Of a stretch of DNA of 63,685 bases, positions 9,324 to 18,664 are shown in pieces. The DNA comes from a virus (taxonomy: Duplodnaviria; Caudoviricetes). A model generated the notes under the pieces. It was not told where the DNA came from. It ran no database searches and saw only the letters and a list, made by a program, of their open reading frames with translations. The position numbers were made by a program, and so were the translations under genes. Position 1 is the first letter of the stretch; every line of letters begins with the position of its first letter. The stretch is taken from IMG/VR virus record IMGVR_UViG_3300012943_000034, positions 1 through 63,685 of that record; one strand, written 5' to 3'.

Positions 9324-9627
9324 TCATTAGCTCCCTCATGCCATCTGCTTCTTCTAAGCGATCTTTACGTTTGTTGCCTTGGTACTTTCCTTCTTCTTGA
9401 AGCTTCTGTCTTACTCTACGAACTGATTCCATTGTCGGCGTGTCTTCGTGCATGATTACAGCCTTCAAAGCTTTGTACCCTTCTTCACCTAAAGCGGTTT
9501 TTAAATTGTGGTACTGAACAAGGTAGCCAAGCCATAGCAACTTATCTGAATCTCTAGTGATCGGAAACTTGTTTAGAATCTTCTCAACCTTAGATTTTAT
9601 TGTTACTACAGCTTCTGTCATTCTCAT
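9313..9627 (-). CDS. probable winged-helix DNA-binding protein
   Basis: TRDSDKLL...ESVRRVRQKLQEEG pattern common in phage proteins. Confidence 0.55.
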   Translation of the reverse strand: MRMTEAVVTIKSKVEKILNKFPITRDSDKLLWLGYLVQYHNLKTALGEEGYKALKAVIMHEDTPTMESVRRVRQKLQEEGKYQGNKRKDRLEEADGMRELMSET

Positions 9628-9851
9628 TGATGCTCCAATGGTAAATCAAACTGGTTTGGATCAATGTAAGGAGGCTCTATAATATCTTCCTCTGACTTGG
9701 TGTGAACACTGTAGGCTTCGCATTGATATTCTTCCCACAGGTGCTTTTCTAATTTAGATACAGCCTCTTCTTCGTCTTCAGCTTCACACTTAAAGCTTTC
9801 TCGATCAGTAACTTCATAGGTTGCGCTCACATCAAACTTAAACTTTTTCAT
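9624..9851 (-). CDS. acidic hypothetical protein
   Basis: Coupled ORF, EAEDEEEA. Confidence 0.55.
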   Translation of the reverse strand: MKKFKFDVSATYEVTDRESFKCEAEDEEEAVSKLEKHLWEEYQCEAYSVHTKSEEDIIEPPYIDPNQFDLPLEHQ

Positions 9852-10623
9852 TTTTCTTTTTAACCTTTTTTTGTTTAAACTTATCTAATGCTTCAAACTT
9901 CTCTTTCATTACTTTTTTAAAATTGTCTTCAAAGCCTCTAAATGTTTCTCTCATAATTTCTTCTAACAGGTCTTGGTTCGTATTATCAACACTCCAAACC
10001 CTAAGCGTTCTAAATATTTCATCTCGGGCTTTCTTTACGTTATGATCCCTTAAATTCTCTAAGTGATTCATTTCAGTTCTTACTTCATCTAACTTCTTAC
10101 CAAGATTTCCACGGAACACGTTGTACATTTCTTTGATTTCTGTTTTGAGAAGATTCTGTTTTTCTACTTCCATCCTGCTTAAACGACGGAACTCTTTACT
10201 CATTTCCTTTCCGTTCATCAGTAAAGCTAGGTAGTCTTCATAGCCCAAAGGGAAATCTTTGTTGTTAACTCTCGGGGCGTGTTTCTTTTGTCTCCAAACA
10301 GTTTTAAATCTTACAATCCCAACCTGTTCTTGGGCTGCGAACTCTTCTGCTTTTTTACTTACCTTTGGGCCTAGAGCAAAATAAACTCTGTGTGCAATTT
10401 TAAAATACTTTTCAAACTTTACTTTTTTAATATCTTGGTAGAGATCGTTGTCTGATATTTTTATCTCATAAACTCTTATCTCAAAATTTGCATAAGACTT
10501 TCTGATCGCCAGTACATCTGGAATGCCATCGGTTGAGTTAGCCAAATGTGGCTCTGGGTAAACTAACCAAAGGCCAGTGTCTAAGCTTCTTGCAAATGAA
10601 TGTACTGCTTCGTTATGGGTCAT
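9838..10623 (-). CDS. PD-(D/E)XK nuclease-like protein (MmcB-like) with coiled-coil C-terminus
   Basis: IPDVLAI...VYEIKIS..DL..D...K...Y...HRVYFA. Confidence 0.7.
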   Translation of the reverse strand: MTHNEAVHSFARSLDTGLWLVYPEPHLANSTDGIPDVLAIRKSYANFEIRVYEIKISDNDLYQDIKKVKFEKYFKIAHRVYFALGPKVSKKAEEFAAQEQVGIVRFKTVWRQKKHAPRVNNKDFPLGYEDYLALLMNGKEMSKEFRRLSRMEVEKQNLLKTEIKEMYNVFRGNLGKKLDEVRTEMNHLENLRDHNVKKARDEIFRTLRVWSVDNTNQDLLEEIMRETFRGFEDNFKKVMKEKFEALDKFKQKKVKKKNEKV

Positions 10624-11003
10624 CTATGAAGCTCCTTAAATTTCTTACACGAGTTTACAACCCGCTTGCACATCTCAACATCAAACATTCCAATGTGAGT
10701 ATCTCTTCCTGGTATTCCAAGTTCGTTACTTAACCAAGCATAGGCTTCCTGCCTTCTCATCTCTCCATTTCTCCATAGCGGGTCAAATTCTCTGTGAGCG
10801 GCACTCTTCCATCCACGTAATTCTTTGTTGGCTAAACGTCCCAATGCTTTGTTTGTACCGGGATGGCAGCCCACGTAGGCTTCGCATGGTTCGCAAAGGT
10901 AAAAGAACTTTGAATATAAATCAGGTCGGTGAGGGTACATCCGTTTACCCGTCACCATCTGAGGTTCTTTACCGCAATAATCGCAGATAACTTTATTGTT
11001 CAT
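10620..11003 (-). CDS. Zn-finger protein (DUF3268-like)
   Basis: CDYCG...CEPCEAYVGCH...LGRLA...AHREFDPLW...AYAWL...HIGMFD. Confidence 0.85.
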   Translation of the reverse strand: MNNKVICDYCGKEPQMVTGKRMYPHRPDLYSKFFYLCEPCEAYVGCHPGTNKALGRLANKELRGWKSAAHREFDPLWRNGEMRRQEAYAWLSNELGIPGRDTHIGMFDVEMCKRVVNSCKKFKELHR

Positions 11004-11850
11004 ACTTTTTTAAGCTCTCTTTTATTCTAAGATTTTCTTCATTGTTAGATTGAAGCATACGAAGAAGCTGGTTCTTGCTATTGTTCTTTGATTCATTGAA
11101 TTTTTTCTGTACTTCTGAGTTGAATTTTTCCAAACCGCCACATTGATTTGCAAGCTTCTCGTCGATGTGAAAGTGGGCCGATTTCTCATTGTAAGTTTTG
11201 ATAATAAAATCAATAGCTTCTTGTTCTTCTTTAAAGAACTTACACTCTGATCTACTGCCACTGTCATCTGAATATTGACCAATGTACGATTTAAACTCTG
11301 GTCTTCTTCTATCAAATAATTGTTTTCTTGATCTGAACGAAAGCAGACAAAGCTCTCCGTCGTAATCTTTTGCTTCTTCAAATGGTATTAATTGAAGGCT
11401 TGAATAACTAAATTTAACAATCCACTTGAAATCACCTTGAACAAAATCAATTAGCTCTTGTAGTGCATTCCACTTTCCAGCTTCTTTTTTGGCTAAATCC
11501 TTTGCTTGGTTTATACACTGTAATTCTGCTCTATGAAAATCTTGTTCCTTTTGAAGTTTAACTCTGTATTCTCTTCTTTGTTTCTCAAAATCTTCTGCGA
11601 TATTGATTTTAGTTTTAGTCAGAGCCTTTGTTTCTACTGGCAAATAAATCTCTTTTGTTTCATGGTATCCATCGTCTTGATCGTAACCATCTGAAACGTG
11701 TATAGAAACTAATGATTCTGTTTCATCTATTTGGCAAATAAAATTGCAATGCTCGTTATTGTAATAACACTCTTCATACTTTTTAAATTTTACCTGTTCC
11801 ATTACTTCCACTTCGCTTTCAATTCTTGTTCTTCTTTTCTTTTTGCCCAA
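10993..11850 (-). CDS. hypothetical protein
   Basis: 285-aa coupled ORF. Confidence 0.6.
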   Translation of the reverse strand: MGKKKRRTRIESEVEVMEQVKFKKYEECYYNNEHCNFICQIDETESLVSIHVSDGYDQDDGYHETKEIYLPVETKALTKTKINIAEDFEKQRREYRVKLQKEQDFHRAELQCINQAKDLAKKEAGKWNALQELIDFVQGDFKWIVKFSYSSLQLIPFEEAKDYDGELCLLSFRSRKQLFDRRRPEFKSYIGQYSDDSGSRSECKFFKEEQEAIDFIIKTYNEKSAHFHIDEKLANQCGGLEKFNSEVQKKFNESKNNSKNQLLRMLQSNNEENLRIKESLKKYEQ

Positions 11851-12293
11851 AGCTCTTTAGCTTTTTTCTTTCGCTCTGCTTTTTTAATCTCTATCTCTCT
11901 CTCTTCAGTTTCTTTTCTGATGAGTTCTAGCTCGGCCATGATCTTAGGTTGCCATGGGCCTTCTTTTCTCCACGTTCCAGTCCAGTACACATCTATAATT
12001 CTACAATCTATTGGCCTTGGCTTTGGATCACCTTCAGAACAAGAATGATTGCCTGGCCTTGTCCATTGTGCATCTGGATTTTCCGCTATACTAATTTGGC
12101 TGTAATTATGGGTATTATGTTCATCTACAAAAAGAATTCCGTTTCTTAGCAAGCCACTTGGATGGTATCTGTACGAGCTACCAGACCACGTGCCTTTAAC
12201 TCCCGCCCTAACGGCTCTTTGAATAATAGACAACAAAGTATTTGTCTCTAAATTGAATTTATCCATTCCATTCCTTCCCTTTAAAATAGACAC
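11802..12293 (-). CDS. hypothetical protein (start probably MDKFNL at 12266)
   Basis: ORF with AGGAAGG before the internal ATG. Confidence 0.55.
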   Translation of the reverse strand: MSILKGRNGMDKFNLETNTLLSIIQRAVRAGVKGTWSGSSYRYHPSGLLRNGILFVDEHNTHNYSQISIAENPDAQWTRPGNHSCSEGDPKPRPIDCRIIDVYWTGTWRKEGPWQPKIMAELELIRKETEEREIEIKKAERKKKAKELWAKRKEEQELKAKWK

Positions 12294-12433
12294 CGCTCTA
12301 ACTCGGCGGTGAGCCTCAAGTCTTTTCTTCCTGAGTGAAAATGCTAAACTCTCTCTGCAGAATTACTGCCCAACAAGCTCCACAGAAGTTCTTGTCAGGA
12401 GATCCGTATCTGGCATACGGAGGCCATAGGTTC

Positions 12434-12754
12434 TGGTGTAGGTGGAGGGAGTCGAACCCTCGTCCATAAATTTCTCAACAAATCATCTACAATCATGTTC
12501 GGTTTAAGTCCGACAACTTATTCAGGGCTACTGGAGCCTCCACCAAACAGGTTGTTAAAGTCCACTGTCATTGACCTGCATTCCAACTTTCTGTTCCCAA
12601 GGAGTTGGCCCTCGGCAATTTAACTTCCTAAGAAGCTAATTGCATTGGTGCTTCGTGAGAAGTGCCAATTAAAATTTGATCAAGTATTAAGGTGTCTGAT
12701 CATCACCTGATTGCAAATTTGCCTTGTCCTCCATGTCGAAACCATTACACCCAC
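12434..12754 (-). ncRNA. ssrA: tmRNA; predicted tag (A)GTSHEAPMQLAS
   Basis: 5' GTGGGTG-TAATGGTTTCGAC pairs with 3' CACCTAC-ACCA (G3:U70 Ala determinant); T-arm GAGGG-TTCGACT-CCCTC; TAATT-GGC resume context and short tag ORF ending TTA GCT TCT TAG; 321 nt. Confidence 0.9.
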
Positions 12755-12903
12755 TAATTTAGCGGAAACTTTAAATCAAAAAGCTTCCAAATAATTATCA
12801 ATACAATAACGATAGCAATTCCAAACAACCATGCGCCAAGACCGCCTGTCTCATAGGTGCCCATCTTTTTTGCGACTCCTAATAAACCAACTGATCCCAT
12901 CAT
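12754..12903 (-). CDS. small membrane protein, 49 aa (not in ORF track)
   Basis: ...GAWLFGIAIVIVLIIIWKLF...; its TAG overlaps tmRNA nucleotide 1. Confidence 0.55.
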   Translation of the reverse strand: MMGSVGLLGVAKKMGTYETGGLGAWLFGIAIVIVLIIIWKLFDLKFPLN

Positions 12904-13157
12904 AAATCTGCTACCTTTGTGGCGTGTTTCTCAAAAATATCTTTGTTTAAAAACTGATAGTCTTTCATGTCCGGTCCTCTGACCATGTAACCAACACACT
13001 GGAGATTCACCATCTTCATTCCTATTGTGTCTCCAACATCGAGTTCGTATTTATCTGTGGTTACTTTAACTTTATGTTTCAGGTAAACGGGAAGGCACTC
13101 TAGTTCGATGCCCTTGTCTGTTACCCACGCTGAAGCTTCTAATGCTTGATCTATCAT
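12900..13157 (-). CDS. hypothetical protein
   Basis: Coupled ORF. Confidence 0.55.
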   Translation of the reverse strand: MIDQALEASAWVTDKGIELECLPVYLKHKVKVTTDKYELDVGDTIGMKMVNLQCVGYMVRGPDMKDYQFLNKDIFEKHATKVADL

Positions 13158-13768
13158 CTTGCAAGTCCTTGGTCTTTGGCGTTGTTAATTTTAGCCATCA
13201 TATCTGAGCTACCACCAACATCTGGATGGTGTTTACGGGCCATATTCTTCCATGCGGCAAGGATCTCGTCTTTGCTGGCACGTTCGTTGACTTCCAATAT
13301 CTCGTACCAAGCTTGGCTTTGTGGCGCTTGAATTTGGGCAAAACCTTGGAACGATCTCTCCATCATATCAGATGCTCCCCATCGCTCAATACCACGAAGG
13401 GCTTCTATTGTCTTACAGATCGCCCACAGGTTGTCTTCAACCTTGGTGTATGTATCACAAGCCAAAGCCATTGGTTTCTTCTTATAACTGAAATAAACCG
13501 CTATTCCAGGGTCTTTAGGTTGAGCCATTCCTGAATACGGCAGCCCATCTTTCCTTAAAGGAACGTTGGATGAGATCACAACATTGTAACTACCCACACC
13601 CATACGACTCAATTCACGGTACATTTCATCCCTAGCGTGAGCAAAAGAACTAACCTTAAACCGACTGCGATCACGGCTGTTCGTTCTTTTCCAGCCTGTA
13701 GGCCATTGCAATGGATATGATTCAATTATTTTTTCCATGTTCCCCTCTTCATATTGGTTCTCTAACAA
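13154..13768 (-). CDS. DnaJ (J-domain) protein
   Basis: YPLQWPTGW N-domain; WYEILEV...ARKHHPDVGG...INNA (HPD motif). Confidence 0.9.
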   Translation of the reverse strand: MLENQYEEGNMEKIIESYPLQWPTGWKRTNSRDRSRFKVSSFAHARDEMYRELSRMGVGSYNVVISSNVPLRKDGLPYSGMAQPKDPGIAVYFSYKKKPMALACDTYTKVEDNLWAICKTIEALRGIERWGASDMMERSFQGFAQIQAPQSQAWYEILEVNERASKDEILAAWKNMARKHHPDVGGSSDMMAKINNAKDQGLAR

Positions 13769-14972
13769 TTCTTTCCTCGATCAAATTTGTAAGCTGATCG
13801 AATATATAAGTTTGAAATGATCTAGTTAAATCATTGTAGCCTGTTCTCAAATGAAACAATTCTTCAATAATTGTGGACATTAAATATTTAGTGCCTTCCC
13901 TAAAAGAACTCAACGAAATAACCATCGTGTTCTCTTCTACGTTGGCATAAGCCATTGTTCTCTGTCCAAGGTCTTCTACCACTCTAATGGTATATTTTTT
14001 TAAATCAGGATAAACTTCTTCTAAAATAGTTTTACATTTATCCAACTGCTTTACTTGAATCTCACTTAGCTCTACATCAACAAGATGTTTGATGCTTTCT
14101 TTTTGGTGCTTCTGCTTGTACCAAAGCAATAAGGTTTTTGGAGTCTTATCACAATTCTTTCTGTGTAGCTCACCAACAACTTGATCAAACTCTTCTGTTG
14201 GCTCACCGTACATTGTTCTATTGTAGTTCAGCCAATCATAGTCTGCTTCGTTCTCGTAACACCCTTCAGTGGTTAAAGCTTTTTTAATCAATGTCTTATC
14301 AGACAAAAATCCAAGGTATGAGGTCATAAACCTTTTTAGCTCATTGCTGGCCGGAAGCGTTCTGTCTTCAGTTAAAGGAAGTTGCTCTAACACATTGTAA
14401 GTAAAGAAGGTTTTGTTATCTGGTTCAAATATTTTAATCCCACGATAGTAAATTACATCGCTAGAACCTTCGTATATTTCAACGTATTTGTTCTCAAAAA
14501 TTGGGCTTCTTCTGTCTGATAAGATAATCTCGTCTTTCTTCCCGTACGTGTGTGACATCTCATAACCATCTACTTCGATGATCGTCTGTCCTGTTGTATC
14601 ATCAATGTAAGGAATGTCTTGAGTGCTATCACCACCCTCGTCTTTCGCATTACAGTGAAGCTCTCTGAACGCTTGCCACACTTCCCAATTCTTACCAAGC
14701 TCTGTAGTAAACGGCAGTTCTTCGCCATTCATTTTTATGAAAGAGAAATCCTTTCCTCTAAATTGATCTTTGATTTTCTCAAAAACGTATTTCTTATTTC
14801 CTGAATGGATTGTGACCTTGTGGTTCTCTCTTAGCAAAATAGCGATAGCATACTTGAGTCCTGTTCCAAAGTACCCGATTGGGTTCGTACCAACCTTTGC
14901 TGAGATACCAAACATTCTAACCGCACGAATATCTATCTCACCTTCATTGTAAAAATAAACTGGACGACTCAC
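13749..14972 (-). CDS. GHKL-type ATPase, permuted motif order, possible C-terminal metallopeptidase-like region
   Basis: IGYFGTGLKYA precedes RELHCNAKD; IIEELFH near C-terminus. Confidence 0.65.
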   Translation of the reverse strand: MSRPVYFYNEGEIDIRAVRMFGISAKVGTNPIGYFGTGLKYAIAILLRENHKVTIHSGNKKYVFEKIKDQFRGKDFSFIKMNGEELPFTTELGKNWEVWQAFRELHCNAKDEGGDSTQDIPYIDDTTGQTIIEVDGYEMSHTYGKKDEIILSDRRSPIFENKYVEIYEGSSDVIYYRGIKIFEPDNKTFFTYNVLEQLPLTEDRTLPASNELKRFMTSYLGFLSDKTLIKKALTTEGCYENEADYDWLNYNRTMYGEPTEEFDQVVGELHRKNCDKTPKTLLLWYKQKHQKESIKHLVDVELSEIQVKQLDKCKTILEEVYPDLKKYTIRVVEDLGQRTMAYANVEENTMVISLSSFREGTKYLMSTIIEELFHLRTGYNDLTRSFQTYIFDQLTNLIEERIVREPI

Positions 14973-15862
14973 GATGCCTCCTGCTCTTCTTTAGAAGCTG
15001 GCGGGAAGTCAAAGTATTCTGGATCACAGAACATTTCATTTGCTTCATCTGGATAACAAGGCCATTCGTTTTTAGCCACACACTCTGCATACAATCTTGT
15101 TAAGTGACTTCTCCATGCTTCACCGAGATCAATCATTGATTTGTCTAATGAGTGAACCATAATTCCGTAAGGAGCTTTCTTTTCCATTGCAACTAGATGG
15201 AATATATCTGGTCTCTCTAAGCCCATGAGCTTCGCACAATAACAATAATGGGCAACTTGCAATATATAGAATTGATTCATGCGTCCGTCTTTAAAGATTT
15301 GATTTTTAAAATATCTGTAACGAACATCAACTGAGGTTTTAAAGTCGATTAAGAATTGGTGGCGTGAGATAAAGTCTGGTCTAAATTTTAAGATCAATCC
15401 GGTCTCTGGATCTTTTACCCAACCAGAAGTCTCTTTCATTCCACCTTGTAACATATCTTTTAATTTTTTATGTTTACCAATAGAAGTGAGAACGCCAATT
15501 AAGTGATCGTGATCTTTCTGATTTAATATCGTTACATCATTAGGTAAATTCGCATACCAATTTGCTTTAAGTTCTTTTGATTCTTTACAGTTATTACTCT
15601 TCTCACCTTTTTGAGTGTAACCCCAGAACTCTGGTTCAACTAAATACTTCGATCTAAAGTCATCGCCTTCTTCGATAAAACCGTGAACTGCTTTACCAAA
15701 TTCCAATGCTTTATTTTTTTTCTTTGGTTCTTTTAATGATGCTTGATAATGCGCTGGTGTTATCTTCATCAGCTTTAGAGTTGATGATCTCAACCCTTCT
15801 TGAGCGGCGTACTGTTCGTATGTTACGCCTTGATGCAATTTATTTAATTCTAATGCTTCCAT
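14969..15862 (-). CDS. RecE/exonuclease VIII-like PD-(D/E)XK nuclease (DUF3799)
   Basis: SSTLK, FGKAVH, ETS...KFRPDF...IDFKT...QVAHY...EKKAPY. Confidence 0.88.
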   Translation of the reverse strand: MEALELNKLHQGVTYEQYAAQEGLRSSTLKLMKITPAHYQASLKEPKKKNKALEFGKAVHGFIEEGDDFRSKYLVEPEFWGYTQKGEKSNNCKESKELKANWYANLPNDVTILNQKDHDHLIGVLTSIGKHKKLKDMLQGGMKETSGWVKDPETGLILKFRPDFISRHQFLIDFKTSVDVRYRYFKNQIFKDGRMNQFYILQVAHYCYCAKLMGLERPDIFHLVAMEKKAPYGIMVHSLDKSMIDLGEAWRSHLTRLYAECVAKNEWPCYPDEANEMFCDPEYFDFPPASKEEQEAS

Positions 15863-15887
15863 TCCCGTCCCTCTTTTTCCAATCTAT

Positions 15888-16121
15888 CTATTGTTTCGTT
15901 TTTAGTTTATCAACCTTTTTTTCTTGTCTTTCTAAATAAATTTCTGCCAACAAAATAAAGGTTCCTATTCCCGCCCAGATAGACCAATGCCATTCAATCC
16001 AAACTACCTCAAGGGCTTTCATGTACTTCTCTTTACCCAACAAATCTTGAATAAAGCCTTGATAACAGGCACATATCACAAATCCTAAAACAAAATGTTT
16101 ATTGACCATGAGTACACCCAC
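15888..16121 (-). CDS. small membrane protein
   Basis: Two hydrophobic segments. Confidence 0.55.
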   Translation of the reverse strand: MGVLMVNKHFVLGFVICACYQGFIQDLLGKEKYMKALEVVWIEWHWSIWAGIGTFILLAEIYLERQEKKVDKLKTKQ

Positions 16122-16428
16122 CCAAACGATTTAAAATTTTGTCTATGAATAAATCCCTTTCAGAGAGCATTACTTCTTGATCTTCAAGTTGCTTTCCTAA
16201 TTTTTCTAGTAGAACTTCTGAGCCTTGTAAATCTTCTTTAGCTGATCTCAATTCGTAGTTTTGTTTGAGATATTTTTTGTGTAAATCAAAAAGCTCTCTC
16301 TGCAATTCTTCTTTTGTTGCTTCATTGCTGAAATGATAAACTGTTTTTTCTTCACCGGGTTTTGCTAAATCAATTCCTGCGACTCCGGGTTCATTCCCAA
16401 ACTCAAAAGGTTCTTTATTCTCACTCAT
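16099..16428 (-). CDS. coiled-coil hypothetical protein
   Basis: GGAGG RBS, ATGA coupling. Confidence 0.55.
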   Translation of the reverse strand: MSENKEPFEFGNEPGVAGIDLAKPGEEKTVYHFSNEATKEELQRELFDLHKKYLKQNYELRSAKEDLQGSEVLLEKLGKQLEDQEVMLSERDLFIDKILNRLGGCTHGQ

Positions 16429-17018
16429 TTTTCCTCCAGCTTTTTAGCTTGATCTAATAACATTTTTTTTCTTTGATCCAATTCTTCTGTTGTTTTTGGT
16501 GCGTAGTCTATCAACCTCATTCCTTTAGAAAGTTGCTCTAGCATATCGTTGTATCTTGGGTTGTTGTGAGCAAGAATCGCAACCTTTGCAAGCTCTCTTG
16601 ACTGTGCCTCAAAAGTCATTGGGTCAATGGACACGCCTAAATTTTGGCAAATGTAAGACCAACCACCACGCCTTTCAACAACACGCCAACCTATTTCACC
16701 AATGTAATTTTTTGCATCATCAGCATTGGGCCATCCGAATTTTGTAACAGCTTGAGAAATCTTTGAAGCTATCTCACGAGCTAAATTTTCTTCAGAAGGT
16801 TCAGGACACATGATTGCAATGATCTGAGCTGGCATTGGAAATTTAAACAGCTTGTCTGCCTTGCGATATTTTTCATAAGCCTGATTAATTTCATCAAGTG
16901 GGTATTCTTTGAGATCATTTGCCATCATCAAAACCGCAGCTGGTTTGATATCTCGGTCGTAGTATTCTGCAACGTGAATAATTAATTTTTTTAAGTTATC
17001 GAAATCGTTTTGATTCAT
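16425..17018 (-). CDS. replication accessory/helicase loader-like protein (DUF6475-like)
   Basis: FPMPAQI motif, VERRGGW..IC; follows initiator gene. Confidence 0.65.
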   Translation of the reverse strand: MNQNDFDNLKKLIIHVAEYYDRDIKPAAVLMMANDLKEYPLDEINQAYEKYRKADKLFKFPMPAQIIAIMCPEPSEENLAREIASKISQAVTKFGWPNADDAKNYIGEIGWRVVERRGGWSYICQNLGVSIDPMTFEAQSRELAKVAILAHNNPRYNDMLEQLSKGMRLIDYAPKTTEELDQRKKMLLDQAKKLEEK

Positions 17019-17785
17019 AGCTTACCCTCATCAACCATTTGCAATAAGCTTTGGGTTCCTAGCTTTGATTCCATGTTTTTTAAATCTTTACGAGTGATCA
17101 TTTTACCTGTCTCAAGGTACTGGGTTATGGCATTGAGGTTTCCCATTAGTGTTGGTATGTCATGCCTTTTGGTCACAAACCATGTGTCAGGCATTTTGAA
17201 ATAGGCTGAGACAATGTCCTTAGACCTATCCAAACCTATTTGCTTAACCAAGGTTTTTATAAGCTTCGCATGGTGAGGCATCACGACGGGTGATTTTTCT
17301 GATTTGTAGCGATCTTTCCAGTTGTCACAATACAGCGCAACAATTTGGTGAGAATTTTCAGAAACAGGCACCGCCTCTTTTGGCGGTTGCGGAGCATCTT
17401 TTTGGATCCGCTTCTCCTTCGGTATTCTATTCTCTTCTTTTCTATTCTTTTCTATTCTATTATTAAAGAACGGAATTTTTTCGTACGTAACTAGCTGTAA
17501 TTGTTGAATGTGATCTAGCAACTTCGTGACGTGGTAGCCTCTACCTCCACACGACCTCACTAGCAGTTCGTGAGTACATTCGATGGAGTTCGATGTGTGT
17601 TCGCCACAACATAGGAGCAACTTCAGGTATAGAAGCTTACCACCTTCAGACAAGATCGAGACTTTTGAATCATCTAAAAAGCTTGTAGAAAGCAAGATAC
17701 TTCGATGCCCTTTTTTCTTAGTTCCGTTGTACTTTTCCCAATTTTTAACTGTTATTTTATAGATGTCTTTTTTATGCGACGACAC
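17015..17785 (-). CDS. replication initiator (lambda O-like)
   Basis: KNWEKY N-terminus, winged-helix-like region, RIEKNRKEENRI linker, DnaD-like C-domain; GGGAGGGG RBS before GTG. Confidence 0.7.
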   Translation of the reverse strand: MSSHKKDIYKITVKNWEKYNGTKKKGHRSILLSTSFLDDSKVSILSEGGKLLYLKLLLCCGEHTSNSIECTHELLVRSCGGRGYHVTKLLDHIQQLQLVTYEKIPFFNNRIEKNRKEENRIPKEKRIQKDAPQPPKEAVPVSENSHQIVALYCDNWKDRYKSEKSPVVMPHHAKLIKTLVKQIGLDRSKDIVSAYFKMPDTWFVTKRHDIPTLMGNLNAITQYLETGKMITRKDLKNMESKLGTQSLLQMVDEGKL

Positions 17786-17917
17786 AGTTGGACCCCTCCC
17801 ACGCTTTGTTGATTCACTTTAAATATGTAGAATCCACAATATTGTAAAGAACAAGGAGTCCAGCTTGCAATATTAACACATTGCTTTATTTAATTAGGTT
17901 TTCAAATTGCCTGTATT

Positions 17918-18664
17918 TTAGATTAAATCAGAGTCTTTTAATGTTGCGATGCGTTTAACCAAAGCTTCTATTGCTTCTGTAACATTTACATGGCTGACAT
18001 CGGTCTCTCCGGGGGCGATAGCTCTCTTAAATCTCTCTACTTGTAGAGTGAATTCATTAGCAAGTGTCTCTGGTAATTTAAGCTTAACCGTAACGAAGCC
18101 ATCTGACTCTTCCTCCTCTTCTGTTGTAACCGAAGAAGTTGGTTGAGCTGGATGCTCCCAATCAAATTTTGTAAGCTTTGTGAAGTTAACCAATTCGTCT
18201 GGTTTGAAAGGCATTTCACGAGCAAGGTCATCATAGTTTAGATTGTTTTGTAAGTGAGTCATCAACTCTGCGAACTTTACTGGATCAGATTTGAAGCGTG
18301 TTTCATTCGTTACCACAGCGATCTTCTTCGCTCTATCGAGTGAGATTTTACCCAAGTTGTATGCGATCACTTTTGTTTTTTTGAGAGTCATGCAGGCATC
18401 GTATCTATGGTTACCGTTCACAACTTCATATTTTTTAGGGCCAAGCTCTCTTACAATGATGTTCTCAATCTGACCGTTCTCTCCAATGTTGTTCACAAGC
18501 TGTGACATCATAAACTCGTCTTCTTCTTTATAATTCCAGTCTGCTTTAACAAGCTGTTCAATAGGAACTGCAATGAAGTTCTCTAGGTCATCTCTTACTA
18601 CGAACTTTTCTGGTGCTCTTTTTGGTTCAGGTTTTTTTACTTTTGGAGTATTTTTTTTAGCCAT
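17918..18664 (-). CDS. ParB/Srx-domain protein
   Basis: WNYK...GQIENIIVR...YEVVNGNHRY; last gene of the deazaguanine operon. Confidence 0.85.
   Translation of the reverse strand: MAKKNTPKVKKPEPKRAPEKFVVRDDLENFIAVPIEQLVKADWNYKEEDEFMMSQLVNNIGENGQIENIIVRELGPKKYEVVNGNHRYDACMTLKKTKVIAYNLGKISLDRAKKIAVVTNETRFKSDPVKFAELMTHLQNNLNYDDLAREMPFKPDELVNFTKLTKFDWEHPAQPTSSVTTEEEEESDGFVTVKLKLPETLANEFTLQVERFKRAIAPGETDVSHVNVTEAIEALVKRIATLKDSDLI

Noticed and set aside
12434-12470. tRNA gene or attP site
   Set aside because: The T-arm and CCA belong to the full tmRNA; no integrase recognised
17918-18664. ParB as plasmid-prophage partitioning
   Set aside because: No ParA partner; overlap with the deazaguanine operon favours a modification-associated role
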